Shown: positions 1 to 9,047, numbered from the stretch's first letter. The stretch is 64,000 nt of DNA from Candidatus Hecatella orcuttiae (GCA_002011035.2 MTLY02000001.1:224001-288000); one strand, 5' to 3'. Program-made: numbers and translations. Notes: generated by a model from the sequence alone, not told the origin.

Positions 1-226
1 TCTGGGGCAGATGAATGTGGCAGTTGATCAATCCCGGCATCACAGCGCATCCTTCAGCGTCGATGGTTTCTTCAGCTTTGTACCGTCCTTCGATCCTATG
101 AGCTTTATCAACATCAAGAATTCTATCGCCATCAATGACGACGGATCCCCCGTTAAAAATGCGCCTTTTTTCGTCCATTGTAATGACTGCTCCGTTTGAG
201 ATGATCACGTCAACCTTTTCTCTCAT
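1..226 (-). CDS. Amidohydrolase family protein (MTA/SAH deaminase-like), 5' part only; runs off the window
   Basis: Not in the ORF track. The minus strand from ATG 226 reads MREKVDVIISNGAVITMDEKRRIF...IDAEGCAVMPGLINCHIHLPQ, containing the PGxINxHxH metal-binding motif; G-rich SD upstream. Confidence 0.85.
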   Translation of the reverse strand, partial: MREKVDVIISNGAVITMDEKRRIFNGGSVVIDGDRILDVDKAHRIEGRYKAEETIDAEGCAVMPGLINCHIHLPQ

Positions 227-312
227 AGGAGAGTTCCCCCCTTTATCTATCTTGGAAATCGGTTTAAAAGTTCCCCCTTCAGCTAGCCCTACGCCTGTGT
301 TTAGGTTGTGTT

Positions 313-528
313 CTACATCCAATTTGTGTGACCGACGAGAAGACCTCTAGCGGAACGAGTATCCCAGCTTAAAAAGACTTTTCCTCGTTTTCTGGCAGTT
401 CTTTTAAGGTCTTCCATGACTCGTTGATAGCTGACGCTCCGCCCCGCCTTCATGTATGCCTTTAGCTTCCCCAACGTTACGCGAGTTACGGAAGTTACAA
501 CTTTCTTCCTCTCGGAGTTTTTGGTCAA
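313..528 (-). CDS. Short basic hypothetical ORF next to the tRNA 3' end (possible RHH/antitoxin-like protein or mobile-element relic)
   Basis: 3' part of track ORF 313..696, taken from TTG 528 because the 5' part overlaps the tRNA. The segment SVTRVTLGKLKAYMKAGRSVSYQRVMEDL loosely resembles small archaeal antitoxins. Confidence 0.3.
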   Translation of the reverse strand: MTKNSERKKVVTSVTRVTLGKLKAYMKAGRSVSYQRVMEDLKRTARKRGKVFLSWDTRSARGLLVGHTNWM

Positions 529-564
529 TATGGACTTGCCCAGAGGTATAATCCGTAACTTCCG
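476..564. repeat. GTTAC x3 at 9-bp period plus a 10-bp inverted repeat
   Basis: GTTAC at 476, 485 and 494; CGGAAGTTAC (489-498) is the reverse complement of GTAACTTCCG (555-564). Confidence 0.6.
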
Positions 565-587
565 AAAAGGAGTTGAACAAATTCGTG

Positions 588-712
588 TGGCGCCGCCGGA
601 CGGACTCGAACCGTCGACCAGCGGGTTCCTGTCAGCAGTTAACAGCTTCAGCCCTTTTTCAGCCCTGAGGGGCCTTGAGGTCCGCTGCTCCACCACGCTG
701 AGCTACGGCGGC
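588..712 (-). tRNA. tRNA-Asn(GTT) with two introns (30/31, 35 nt, 681-647; 37/38, 13 nt, 639-627), CCA encoded
   Basis: Acceptor GCCGCCG/CGGCGGC, G73, D arm GCTC/GAGC, T arm GACGG-TTCGAGT-CCGTC. Removing both inserts gives the anticodon arm GCGGG-CT GTT AA-CCCGC. Both introns form BHB-type motifs (central helices CAGC/GCTG and CTGT/ACAG). Confidence 0.93.
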
Positions 713-1080
713 GCTTCTTGGTTTTCTTCCACTTGCTGGACGGCGGCTGCTTGGAGGAACCTTCCCCAAGAGCACCCGTAGGGGAGCCCCACCCACCGGT
801 CCACCGGCCGGCCTTGGAGGTATAGGATGTAGGTGGGCAGGGTTTGGATTTGAAGCTTTTCAGCGAGCTCCCGGTTCTCCTCCACGTTCACCCGGGCGAA
901 GAGGAGCTTTCCCCCGTGGTGCAGGGAAGACTGCTGGAAGAGGCCTTCCGCTGCCTTGCAGGAGAAACTCCAGTCGGCGTAGAACTCCACCACCACTCCG
1001 CGGTTTTCCCTCACCACCCGGTCGAATTCGCTGCCTTTCAGCTGGATGACGGGGGAGGTTGAACCGAGGGTCTGGGGCAA
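703..1080 (-). CDS. Thioredoxin-fold protein with atypical SxxC site (WSFSC)
   Basis: VVVEFYADWSFSC...ARVNVEEN..LA...IQTLPT (cis-Pro motif). Likely start TTG 1080 after GGAG; the stop lies inside the tRNA. Confidence 0.75.
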   Translation of the reverse strand: MPQTLGSTSPVIQLKGSEFDRVVRENRGVVVEFYADWSFSCKAAEGLFQQSSLHHGGKLLFARVNVEENRELAEKLQIQTLPTYILYLQGRPVDRWVGLPYGCSWGRFLQAAAVQQVEENQEAPP

Positions 1081-1156
1081 GTTTCTCCAACCTCTCGGGT
1101 TAGGCTGTAGATGTCGAACCCTCTTATGGAGGAGCATCCTTTAAATCTGTTTTGGC

Positions 1157-1567
1157 CTAGGCCTCCACCTCCACCGGTTCGGGGGTGAACTCTCCCTCCT
1201 GAAAAATGAAGGACCTGAGAAGCTTCTCCGGCAGGGAGTAGATGGCGTAGGACATCCCCGGGTAGGTAGCTCGGCTTCGGTCAACCTCGGAAACCCTAGC
1301 CGGCCAGTAGGGGTGGCTGTGGTAGAAGCCTAAAACCTCCAAGCCCTCCTCCTCCGCTTCCGCGAAAACCCGATGCTGCTCCTCCGGGTCTAGGAGGTAG
1401 GTGGAGGGAGAAGGCTCGATGTTCTTCACCCGGCGGACCTTCTCCACCACCCGCACGTTTCCCTCAAGGAGCCTTCCCACTAGGATTCCGCAGGCCTCGG
1501 CGGGGAAGACCTCCTGAGAGTGGCGGGCTATCTCCTCCAAAAAACGCTTTTTAATCCTCAACACCAT
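1157..1567 (-). CDS. JAMM/MPN+ (Mov34) metalloprotease, desampylase-like
   Basis: EACGILVG and YHSHPxxxxxxSxxD JAMM motif; start moved to ATG 1567. Confidence 0.9.
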   Translation of the reverse strand: MVLRIKKRFLEEIARHSQEVFPAEACGILVGRLLEGNVRVVEKVRRVKNIEPSPSTYLLDPEEQHRVFAEAEEEGLEVLGFYHSHPYWPARVSEVDRSRATYPGMSYAIYSLPEKLLRSFIFQEGEFTPEPVEVEA

Positions 1568-1644
1568 AAAGGAAACCTGTAATCTAAAGAAGAGAGGAAG
1601 CTGAAAAACCTTCACCCTCAACGCATGGGGAGGGAAACCTGAAC

Positions 1645-2628
1645 TTGGTCCTGCTTCTCTCCAAGCCTGAAGTGGAATCCCTGCTGACGGCTTCCGAAGC
1701 CCTAGGCGCCGTGGAGGAAGCCTTCCGAGCCCATGCTCTGGGGCAAGTCCTCATGCCCAGCCGAGCGGCTTTCCCTCTAGCTCAAGGGAAAGGCTGGACG
1801 GGCATCATGCCGGCTTACATGGAAAACCTTCAGGCTCTCACCGTCAAACTGGTAACCTCCTTCCCTGAGAATCCTAAATCGGGCTATCCCACCGTCAACG
1901 CCCTCCTCATCTACAGCGACCCCTCCACCGGGCTGCCTTTGGCCGTCATGGAAGCCGGTTTTCTAACCTCCCTGAGGACGGGAGCAGCTGGAGGGGTAGC
2001 GGTCAAATATCTAGCCCGAAGGGACGCCGGGGTCTTGGGCCTCCTAGGCGCAGGGGAGCAGGCTTGGAGGCAGCTGGAATCGGTGAGGCTGGTCAGAAAC
2101 CTGAAAAAAGTGAAAGTCTACAGTCCGAACCCCCAGCATAGGCGAAGGTTCGCCCAGCAGGCGGCTGAAAGCTTTGGAGTAGAAGTCAAGGCTGTGGACA
2201 CAGCTGAGGAAGCGGCGGTGAACTCGGACATCGTAGTCCTAGCCACCACCTCCAAGGTTCCTGTGCTGAGGGGAGACTGGGTGGAGGAAGGCGCTCACCT
2301 CAACGCCTTTGGCGCCCACACACCTGAGACCAGGGAGTTGGACGGGGAGACGGTGGTTAAAGCCAAGATAGTGGTGGACTCCAAAGAAGCCTGCCTCAGA
2401 GAGGCGGGGGATCTGCTCATCCCCCTAGCTCAAGGCCTAATCCGGCAGACGGACATCCACGCCGAGCTGGGAGAGGTCGTCGCAGGGCTGAAAGAGGGCA
2501 GGAGCTCAGACAGGGAAGTTACCCTCTTCAAGTCCGTAGGTTTGGCCTTCCAAGATGCTGCGGTGGCTAAGGTCGTCTATGAGAAAGCCTTAAAACTCGG
2601 TGTGGGAAAAGAGTGGGAAATTCTGTGA
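1645..2628 (+). CDS. Ornithine cyclodeaminase/mu-crystallin family protein (archaeal alanine dehydrogenase-like)
   Basis: MPAY, LTSLRTGAAG, GAGEQA NAD-binding motif, FKSVGLAFQD. Confidence 0.9.
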   Translation: MVLLLSKPEVESLLTASEALGAVEEAFRAHALGQVLMPSRAAFPLAQGKGWTGIMPAYMENLQALTVKLVTSFPENPKSGYPTVNALLIYSDPSTGLPLAVMEAGFLTSLRTGAAGGVAVKYLARRDAGVLGLLGAGEQAWRQLESVRLVRNLKKVKVYSPNPQHRRRFAQQAAESFGVEVKAVDTAEEAAVNSDIVVLATTSKVPVLRGDWVEEGAHLNAFGAHTPETRELDGETVVKAKIVVDSKEACLREAGDLLIPLAQGLIRQTDIHAELGEVVAGLKEGRSSDREVTLFKSVGLAFQDAAVAKVVYEKALKLGVGKEWEIL

Positions 2629-2738
2629 TAATCCCCCCTCATAGGGCGGGGATGGAAAGAATTAGATACTAGTACCTGACATATACTTTACTATAAATCA
2701 CTATAAAATAATACTTATCATATTAAGGAGGAAGGCCT

Positions 2739-3677
2739 ATGTTCAACCCTCAGAATTTCATCTCCCAAAAGATGGAAGAAATCAAGAAGGCAGTGGGGAA
2801 CGAGAAGGCTCTCGTAGCCCTCTCCGGGGGAGTTGACAGCTCCACCACGGCGGTCTTGGGCTTCAAAGCCTTGGGCGAAAAGCTGGAAGCCGTCTTCATC
2901 GACGACGGCCTGATGAGGGAGGGGGAAGGGGAAAGGATATCCGCCACCTTCGCCTCCTTGGGTTTGAAGGTCCAGACTTACTCCATGGCCGAGGATTTTT
3001 TCAAGGCTTTGAAGGGCTTAACCGACCCTGAGGAGAAGCGGAAAGCCTTCAGGGAAGCCTTCTACCAGAGTCTGGCGAAGATCTCCCGGGGAAAGGGCGC
3101 CAAGTGGCTTTTGCAGGGAACCATCGCCGCGGATGTGGTGGAAACCTCCCGAGGCGTCAAAACCCAGCACAACGTCCTAGAACAGGTGGGAATAAACCCA
3201 GCGGAGAAATACGGCTTCAAAGTTGTGGAACCCCTCAAAGAACTGTACAAGCCCCAAGTGAGAGAGGTGGCTAAAGCCTTGGGTCTTCCTGCCGAGATCA
3301 CGGAAAGGCGGCCGTTCCCCGGCCCAGGGCTCTGCGTCCGGGTCTTAGGGGAAGTTACTCCCGAAAGGGTTGAAACCGTCAGGAAAGCTACTAGGATCGT
3401 GGAGGAGGAAACAGCAGGCCTCCTCTGCTTTCAAGCCTTCGCCGTGCTGATGGAGGATAAGGCCACAGGGCTGTCGGAGGACAAGAAGAGAATCTACGGG
3501 GAAATCCTAGTCATCCGGTCGGTTGACTCCACCGATGCCATGACCGCCCAACCCACCCAACTCCCATGGCCTGTCTTGGAAAAGATAACCAGAAGAATAA
3601 CAGCGAGTCTTCCTTCGGTCACCCGAGTTCTCTACGACTTAACCGGCAAACCTCCTGCGACTATTGAATTCGAGTAA
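2739..3677 (+). CDS. guaAB: GMP synthase, ATP-pyrophosphatase subunit B
   Basis: SGGVDSS PP-loop, QGTIAAD, KTQHNV, PFPGPGL, KPPATIEFE. Confidence 0.93.
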   Translation: MFNPQNFISQKMEEIKKAVGNEKALVALSGGVDSSTTAVLGFKALGEKLEAVFIDDGLMREGEGERISATFASLGLKVQTYSMAEDFFKALKGLTDPEEKRKAFREAFYQSLAKISRGKGAKWLLQGTIAADVVETSRGVKTQHNVLEQVGINPAEKYGFKVVEPLKELYKPQVREVAKALGLPAEITERRPFPGPGLCVRVLGEVTPERVETVRKATRIVEEETAGLLCFQAFAVLMEDKATGLSEDKKRIYGEILVIRSVDSTDAMTAQPTQLPWPVLEKITRRITASLPSVTRVLYDLTGKPPATIEFE

Positions 3678-3709
3678 CCGGTAAGGGCTGCCTTATCCTT
3701 TCTCCGAAG

Positions 3710-4168
3710 TCAACGTTCCCACTGCTCCAAGATGGCTAGAGCTTCCCGGCGGAATGCATCCGGCGGCCTATACCCCACTATTCTCCCCACCTCCTCGCCG
3801 GCAGGGGTGAGGAAGACGATAGTGGGAAGTTCCCACACCCGATATCTGTCGGCCAGGACTAGGTTTTCCCGGTTCTCCACATCTATTTTGAGGGGAATAA
3901 ATTCTTCGTTGAGAAAAGCAGCCAGCCGTGGATCGGTGTAGGTTTCCATATCCAACTTCCTACACCACCCACACCAATCTGCGTAAAACTCCATCATTAA
4001 AAGTTTTCCTTCCACCTGAGCCAAATTCAAGGCCTCATGGAAATCGTGCCTCCAGTTTATGCTTCCTTCCGACGGGGAGGAGGGCTGAAAAAATTGGAGA
4101 AGGTAGAAGGCGCCTCCCGCGGCGGCTAGGGCTACCATCACGGCCGCCAATACCGCAACGCGCTTCAT
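3710..4168 (-). CDS. Membrane-anchored or exported thioredoxin-like protein
   Basis: N-terminal hydrophobic helix; FYADWCGWC; LPTIVF. Confidence 0.85.
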   Translation of the reverse strand: MKRVAVLAAVMVALAAAGGAFYLLQFFQPSSPSEGSINWRHDFHEALNLAQVEGKLLMMEFYADWCGWCRKLDMETYTDPRLAAFLNEEFIPLKIDVENRENLVLADRYRVWELPTIVFLTPAGEEVGRIVGYRPPDAFRREALAILEQWER

Positions 4169-4294
4169 GACAAAACCTTAGGAAGCTGATTCATTAACAT
4201 TGCGTCCCTAGGAGAACCGGTCAAGCTGACCCTCCAAAGACCGATTAGACAAGTCTTAGGAAAAGAGAAGCCCTTTTCCAGCTTAGGCGACAGT

Positions 4295-5953
4295 TCAGGC
4301 TGAATTGGAAGTGACCGGTGTCTTCAAAGGCACCCGGTAGACGATGCCGTAGCGCACTTGGCCTTCGTCGCCTTCCTCGTCGATCTTCCTGACGATGGCT
4401 TCCAGTTCAACTCCTTCAGTCAAATAAGGCGGGTAGGTGTCCGTGATGATGGCCATGTTCTCCTTGTAGACGTTGTACGACTTGATGCGGCATCCTTTCT
4501 TGAAGGACACCAGAACCGCCCGGGAGGGGTAGAGTTTGGCCTCCAACACCGAAGGGTTGTTAAAGCCGGGGCACTTGGAGTCGACGCAGAAGTCTTTAGC
4601 TGGGAAGTAGACGCGCTTGCACCCGTGGCAGAGCTGGATCTTTATTTTCTTACTTTTGATAGGCTTTATCTCGCCTACGACTCGTTTAGGCGGCCGTCCC
4701 ATTCGCAGGTATTCTCTTATGCGGCGTATCTTAAGCCAGTAGTAGTCCTTCCAGCCCAACTTCTTCTTTCTCTCCAAGAAATCCCTGATGCTGGGTGCTA
4801 AGGTTTTTTTCTTCTCGATTCCCGGCAGCGTTCTAACCCATGTGGCCAAGCTGGCTGCCCAAGAGCCGTAGGAAATAGCCAAGATGTCCTGTCCGGGAGC
4901 GGCCATGTCGAGGATGTTCACAAGGTTCAGGGGCGTGTTCCCAGCGTAGGAGTTTCCCACCCACCTGGAAAGGAGGGTGGGGTGGATCTTCTCCTTCCTC
5001 TCCGCTTCGCTGAGGGTCAGGATTTCTAAGGATCTCATGACAAATTTTTTGAAATACTTGTTCAGGTAGCTGAATTCCTCAGCCCTCTTGACCACGACGT
5101 CGGGGTTTTCCTTCATCTCCCTCTGAAGCTTCTCCGTGCACTCCTCGGGGTGGAGAAACGTCTGAATGACCGAGAGAGGCCTGAAGGTCTGCTCCACAAG
5201 CTTCGCGTAGGGAGAGTGGGAGGTGATCCACCTGAAATGGTTCAATGTCAAGTCATGCTTCTTCAGCATCTTATAGGCCGAGTTGAGTACCCGATGCATG
5301 TACGCCCTCTTCGTCGTCTCGCCGAAGTGGGTAGGGTTCGGCTGACCTTCCCGCCTCCAGAAATCCTGCTCCAACCCCGCGTTCCCTACCACGTCCACGA
5401 TCTCAGCCGCAGGGTCTTTCGTCTCATCCTTTCTGCCGATGAGGAAGGAGCCGCTGCCGCAGCCTACCAGTATCTCCAGCGGATCGCCTTCCGCCCCGCC
5501 GGAGATGTCCGCCCCGATAGCTAGGCCGTAGGATATGTCCCCGCTTTCCACGTATTTCTGGCAGATGCTCAAAGCCTCCATGCCTGAGTTGCAAGCCAAC
5601 TCAAGGTCGGCTACATGTTCAAGATGCTGGCAGGACTCGAAGAAGGCGGCTACATGAAGCCCGGAGGAGCCTACAGCGTAGGGTCCGGATTCTTTTCCGA
5701 AGAAGGCGGCCTCGATTTTTTTGCAGTCGATTCCGCTTCTCTTCACTGCGTTGTAAGCGGCTTCCCAGCCGAGGGTGATGGTGTCCTCATCGATTCCGGG
5801 GACAGCTTTTTCCTCAACCCATAGACCATACCGGTAGTAGGAGATTCTATCTTTCTTCTCTCTTCTCCGCACCAGTTCTTCCACGTCGAATCTTCTTAGG
5901 GGGATGTATCCTCCCCAGCCTAGGATACAGGCTCCCTGACCGTTACCCGCCAT
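4295..5953 (-). CDS. HMG-CoA synthase-like condensing enzyme fused to a C-terminal DUF35 (Zn-ribbon/OB-fold) domain
   Basis: GKESGPYAV (Glu), DLELACNSG (Cys), SHSPY (His), VGNSYAG, SYGS; C-terminal CHGCKRVYFPAKDFC..C followed by an OB-fold ending GQVRYG. Confidence 0.85.
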   Translation of the reverse strand: MAGNGQGACILGWGGYIPLRRFDVEELVRRREKKDRISYYRYGLWVEEKAVPGIDEDTITLGWEAAYNAVKRSGIDCKKIEAAFFGKESGPYAVGSSGLHVAAFFESCQHLEHVADLELACNSGMEALSICQKYVESGDISYGLAIGADISGGAEGDPLEILVGCGSGSFLIGRKDETKDPAAEIVDVVGNAGLEQDFWRREGQPNPTHFGETTKRAYMHRVLNSAYKMLKKHDLTLNHFRWITSHSPYAKLVEQTFRPLSVIQTFLHPEECTEKLQREMKENPDVVVKRAEEFSYLNKYFKKFVMRSLEILTLSEAERKEKIHPTLLSRWVGNSYAGNTPLNLVNILDMAAPGQDILAISYGSWAASLATWVRTLPGIEKKKTLAPSIRDFLERKKKLGWKDYYWLKIRRIREYLRMGRPPKRVVGEIKPIKSKKIKIQLCHGCKRVYFPAKDFCVDSKCPGFNNPSVLEAKLYPSRAVLVSFKKGCRIKSYNVYKENMAIITDTYPPYLTEGVELEAIVRKIDEEGDEGQVRYGIVYRVPLKTPVTSNSA

Positions 5954-6322
5954 AACCGCCTACCCAGTCCTTTGACGCCTTCGCTAAATTTTTCCAGCTT
6001 CACCTATGTTGAATTGATCTTAATTAAGGTTTCCGTTCCCAGCCCCGCCAGCTTCACTTAGAATGGGGAAGAAGCTGCGAATACAGTCGGCGGCTTTCAC
6101 CAGATTTCTGTCCAGCATGATTCGACAGTTTGCCCTTCCCCATCATGAAAAACCCGCGGCGAAAAATCTGTAACATGTATGGCCATATATGGCAAAATTA
6201 TTATACTCGCTGTTTCAGAAGGGGACTCTTACCAGAAGGCTGGTTTTCAGGGAACGGTGGAATTCTTCTTTGGCAGCGTATCCCTAAACTAGGTTCCGCC
6301 GAGCGAATTTAGCCTCAGAGGT

Positions 6323-7882
6323 TTAGAGGACGTTTTCTTCCACTTCAGACTTCTTCACAGGCGCGTTTCTTGCTGCGAGCGCTTCCCTCTGAGCATAGGC
6401 TTGCTTGGATAAGGATTGTTCAAGATATTCTTTGTAGTCGAAGATCTTCACCGGCACAGCGAAGTGAATTTCAGGCTGAGAAACCAGGAGGGCTTCCCCC
6501 ACATCCAGCATCTTCAACTCCACATCGGAATATTCCAGGTAAGGCGTGTTCTCAGCCAGGTAGACGCGGTCCTCTTTGAGGCTGGTCTTCAGGATTAGCT
6601 TGGTCCAAAGCTCAGCGAAGACATCGCGGTTTATGCGGCAGGGCCTAGGGGTCACCGCGTTCAAGCCCACCTTATACTTGCGGCATGTGAGGGCTATATC
6701 TGAGAAGAGGGTGTGTCTTTCCTCCAGAAACTTGTGAGCCTCCTCCAAGGTGATGAGGAGGTAGGGAAGCCTCCGCCAAGCCTCATAGTCAGAGCGCCAC
6801 CGAGCCTTGTAATACTCCACAGCCCTGTCGGCTACCCAGCCTACCACCTGCCTCTGAGCTTCCTCCCTCATCCCTGAAACATCGACCAACACGCTTTTGC
6901 CTCCGGCCAAGGCCTTGACAACGGAGTGGGAGAAGTCATGGTCTAGATCCGCGAAGACCGTGCCGTTGAGGTAGGAGAGTTTTCTAAGCAGGGCGGTGGC
7001 CACAGCCTTCTGGCCGTCCGCCACCTTGAGCACTCCGTAGACATCCTCCTTCTCGTAGAGGGCTACAGCCTCGGTGATCCACTTACCCCGGCCCAGTCTG
7101 CTGGAAAGCTTCTTGGCGTAATGAGCTTGGGGAGGCGAAAGGTCTGGGTAAAGCTTCCAAAGGTCCTGAGGCTCTATTCTCCTCAGGCCTATCCGAATGA
7201 GGCCGTGGGCCACGGGAACCCGAGGTCTTTCCAAGCCGTAATACTCCAACCTTTCGGAGGCCAAGGGGCTGTCGGCCAACCCTTTGCCGATACCTTTCCC
7301 GGTGAGGAGTTCTCCTGCGAAATCGAAAATGAGCCCCACCGCTTTCCCCTCCGTCTCCATAAGGGCTGCGTTCAACACCAACTCCGCGTTGGTCTTCCCC
7401 GAACCTATCTGCCCCACCACTGCCATCATCCGGGGTATGCACTCCACACCGATACCCACCGTCCTCCTGCCTACAGCGGAGCCCTCCCGGAGGTAGCCTA
7501 ACTTCAGCTCTCCGGTGAGCTCCAAGGCCTTGTAGTCTTCCCAGCCTAGGGACTCCGCAGCCCAGCCGTAGTCAGGATTCAACGTAGGAGACCTAATCCG
7601 CCCTAGGCTGTCCCTTTCGAGGAAGAGGACGGCTTCCACGAAGCGGAACTGGGAGTAGGGCCCCACGGTTCTCATGGAGCCTTTCAGGTCCCGCAGCTCA
7701 TCCAGCTCCCCCAGCGTCGACCGGCTTCCAGCGTCGGTTACCCGAGCGTAGAAAACCCGGGAGGCCCCCTCCTCTCTTGAGGGTGTTATTTTTACAATCT
7801 GGCCGAAGCTGATGGTTGTGTCTGCAGTGACGATGAAAATCACCCGGTCTCCTTGGGCTTCCCTCACCCTGCCCAGCTCCAC
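6323..7882 (-). CDS. herA: HerA/FtsK-family (DUF87) ATPase with N-terminal HAS-barrel-like region
   Basis: Walker A GQIGSGKT, IFDFAGE, Walker B LITLEEAH, RKYKVGL; likely start GTG 7882 after GGAGGG. Confidence 0.85.
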   Translation of the reverse strand: MELGRVREAQGDRVIFIVTADTTISFGQIVKITPSREEGASRVFYARVTDAGSRSTLGELDELRDLKGSMRTVGPYSQFRFVEAVLFLERDSLGRIRSPTLNPDYGWAAESLGWEDYKALELTGELKLGYLREGSAVGRRTVGIGVECIPRMMAVVGQIGSGKTNAELVLNAALMETEGKAVGLIFDFAGELLTGKGIGKGLADSPLASERLEYYGLERPRVPVAHGLIRIGLRRIEPQDLWKLYPDLSPPQAHYAKKLSSRLGRGKWITEAVALYEKEDVYGVLKVADGQKAVATALLRKLSYLNGTVFADLDHDFSHSVVKALAGGKSVLVDVSGMREEAQRQVVGWVADRAVEYYKARWRSDYEAWRRLPYLLITLEEAHKFLEERHTLFSDIALTCRKYKVGLNAVTPRPCRINRDVFAELWTKLILKTSLKEDRVYLAENTPYLEYSDVELKMLDVGEALLVSQPEIHFAVPVKIFDYKEYLEQSLSKQAYAQREALAARNAPVKKSEVEENVL

Positions 7883-7883
7883 C

Positions 7884-8909
7884 TTACCAGCCCTCCATTC
7901 TTTCCACAAGCTCGTAATCATGCCTCAAGCCCAGCAGATGCCTTCTGAAACTGGCTGCTTCCACCTCCGTGAGAAGGTCTTCCAGCAGCCCTTCTTCCTC
8001 CAAACCCGTGTAGAGCATCTCCTCATATTCGAGAAGCTTGGCTTCAGGGATCTTGGTCTGCTGATGCGCGAGGAAAAGCGGCGCCGGGTAGCCGTCGCAA
8101 CGGGCGTCCCTAGCCAAGTAAGCCAGCTGGGAAACGATTTCCACCGCCTGGGAGGAATCCCGTCCTTCCAGTAGGTAGTCGACGATGTCGCAGCGGAAAA
8201 CCCGTGGGCTGGAAGGGGACAGCTTCACGCAGGAAATGTCAGCATAGAGATGCCGGCTTTGGCTTTCCCTTTTACCTAGGGGATAGTAAACCCAGCTCTC
8301 AGCCAGCTGCCCTCGGCTTTGAAGCTTCAGACCCCCTCGGCCCACGGAGGCTAGGAGGTCCCTTCCCCGGGAGTCCCGAAGTTTGGGGGAGGTCTTAGGC
8401 ATCATGAGGAGGGTTATCCCCCTTCTTTTGGAGGCATGGTAGAGGTTGATGGAAAAATTCTGCTCACCCCCAAAGTAGGCGGCTCCGTCCATGAGGTACA
8501 CGTCTCTCCTGTCGAAGCGGGGCTCCAGCTTCAGCACCAGATCGCTTTCAAACCTCCGAAGCTGAGCCCATATTTCAAAAGCCCTGCTCTTTGGGGAGCC
8601 TACGACGGCGAAGAGGTGGTCTTCGCTTCCTTCCTCCTCCACGTTCAACCGGCCTCCCTCAGTTTGCACGACCACGTAGGCGCAGCGGCTGACCCCTATT
8701 CTCCAGTTGTTGGCGCGGAGGAGGGCGTAGGATGAAGCGTCGACGGAGAGATATCTTCCCTTGGGTTGAAGAGGCTTCAACGGGTGATAGCGGTCCGGAT
8801 GAACTTCTTCGAAGATTTCATCCTCTTCCTCGACGGGATAATGTTTGGGGGCTCCCTCGTCTAGGTATTTCTTCATCTTCTTCAGACAGTCTTCTAAGCC
8901 TCGAGCCAT
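7884..8909 (-). CDS. nurA: NurA-domain nuclease
   Basis: SVDASS, RRFE, LMDG, PKTS and GYPAPLFLAH motifs; directly upstream of herA. Confidence 0.8.
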   Translation of the reverse strand: MARGLEDCLKKMKKYLDEGAPKHYPVEEEDEIFEEVHPDRYHPLKPLQPKGRYLSVDASSYALLRANNWRIGVSRCAYVVVQTEGGRLNVEEEGSEDHLFAVVGSPKSRAFEIWAQLRRFESDLVLKLEPRFDRRDVYLMDGAAYFGGEQNFSINLYHASKRRGITLLMMPKTSPKLRDSRGRDLLASVGRGGLKLQSRGQLAESWVYYPLGKRESQSRHLYADISCVKLSPSSPRVFRCDIVDYLLEGRDSSQAVEIVSQLAYLARDARCDGYPAPLFLAHQQTKIPEAKLLEYEEMLYTGLEEEGLLEDLLTEVEAASFRRHLLGLRHDYELVERMEGW

Positions 8910-9047
8910 GAATTTTCGCCAAAACTTTGAAGAATCGGAACCAGCCCTTCAGAAATAAAAGAGTGCAACCTTTATTTAAGCCAGTGAGACCGATGAAACT
9001 ATTCTCCGTATAGGTTTTATAGATTTCCAATGATCAAACTTTAAGGG

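Noticed and set aside
960-975. Selenocysteine at the thioredoxin active site
   Set aside because: The codon is AGT (Ser), not TGA.
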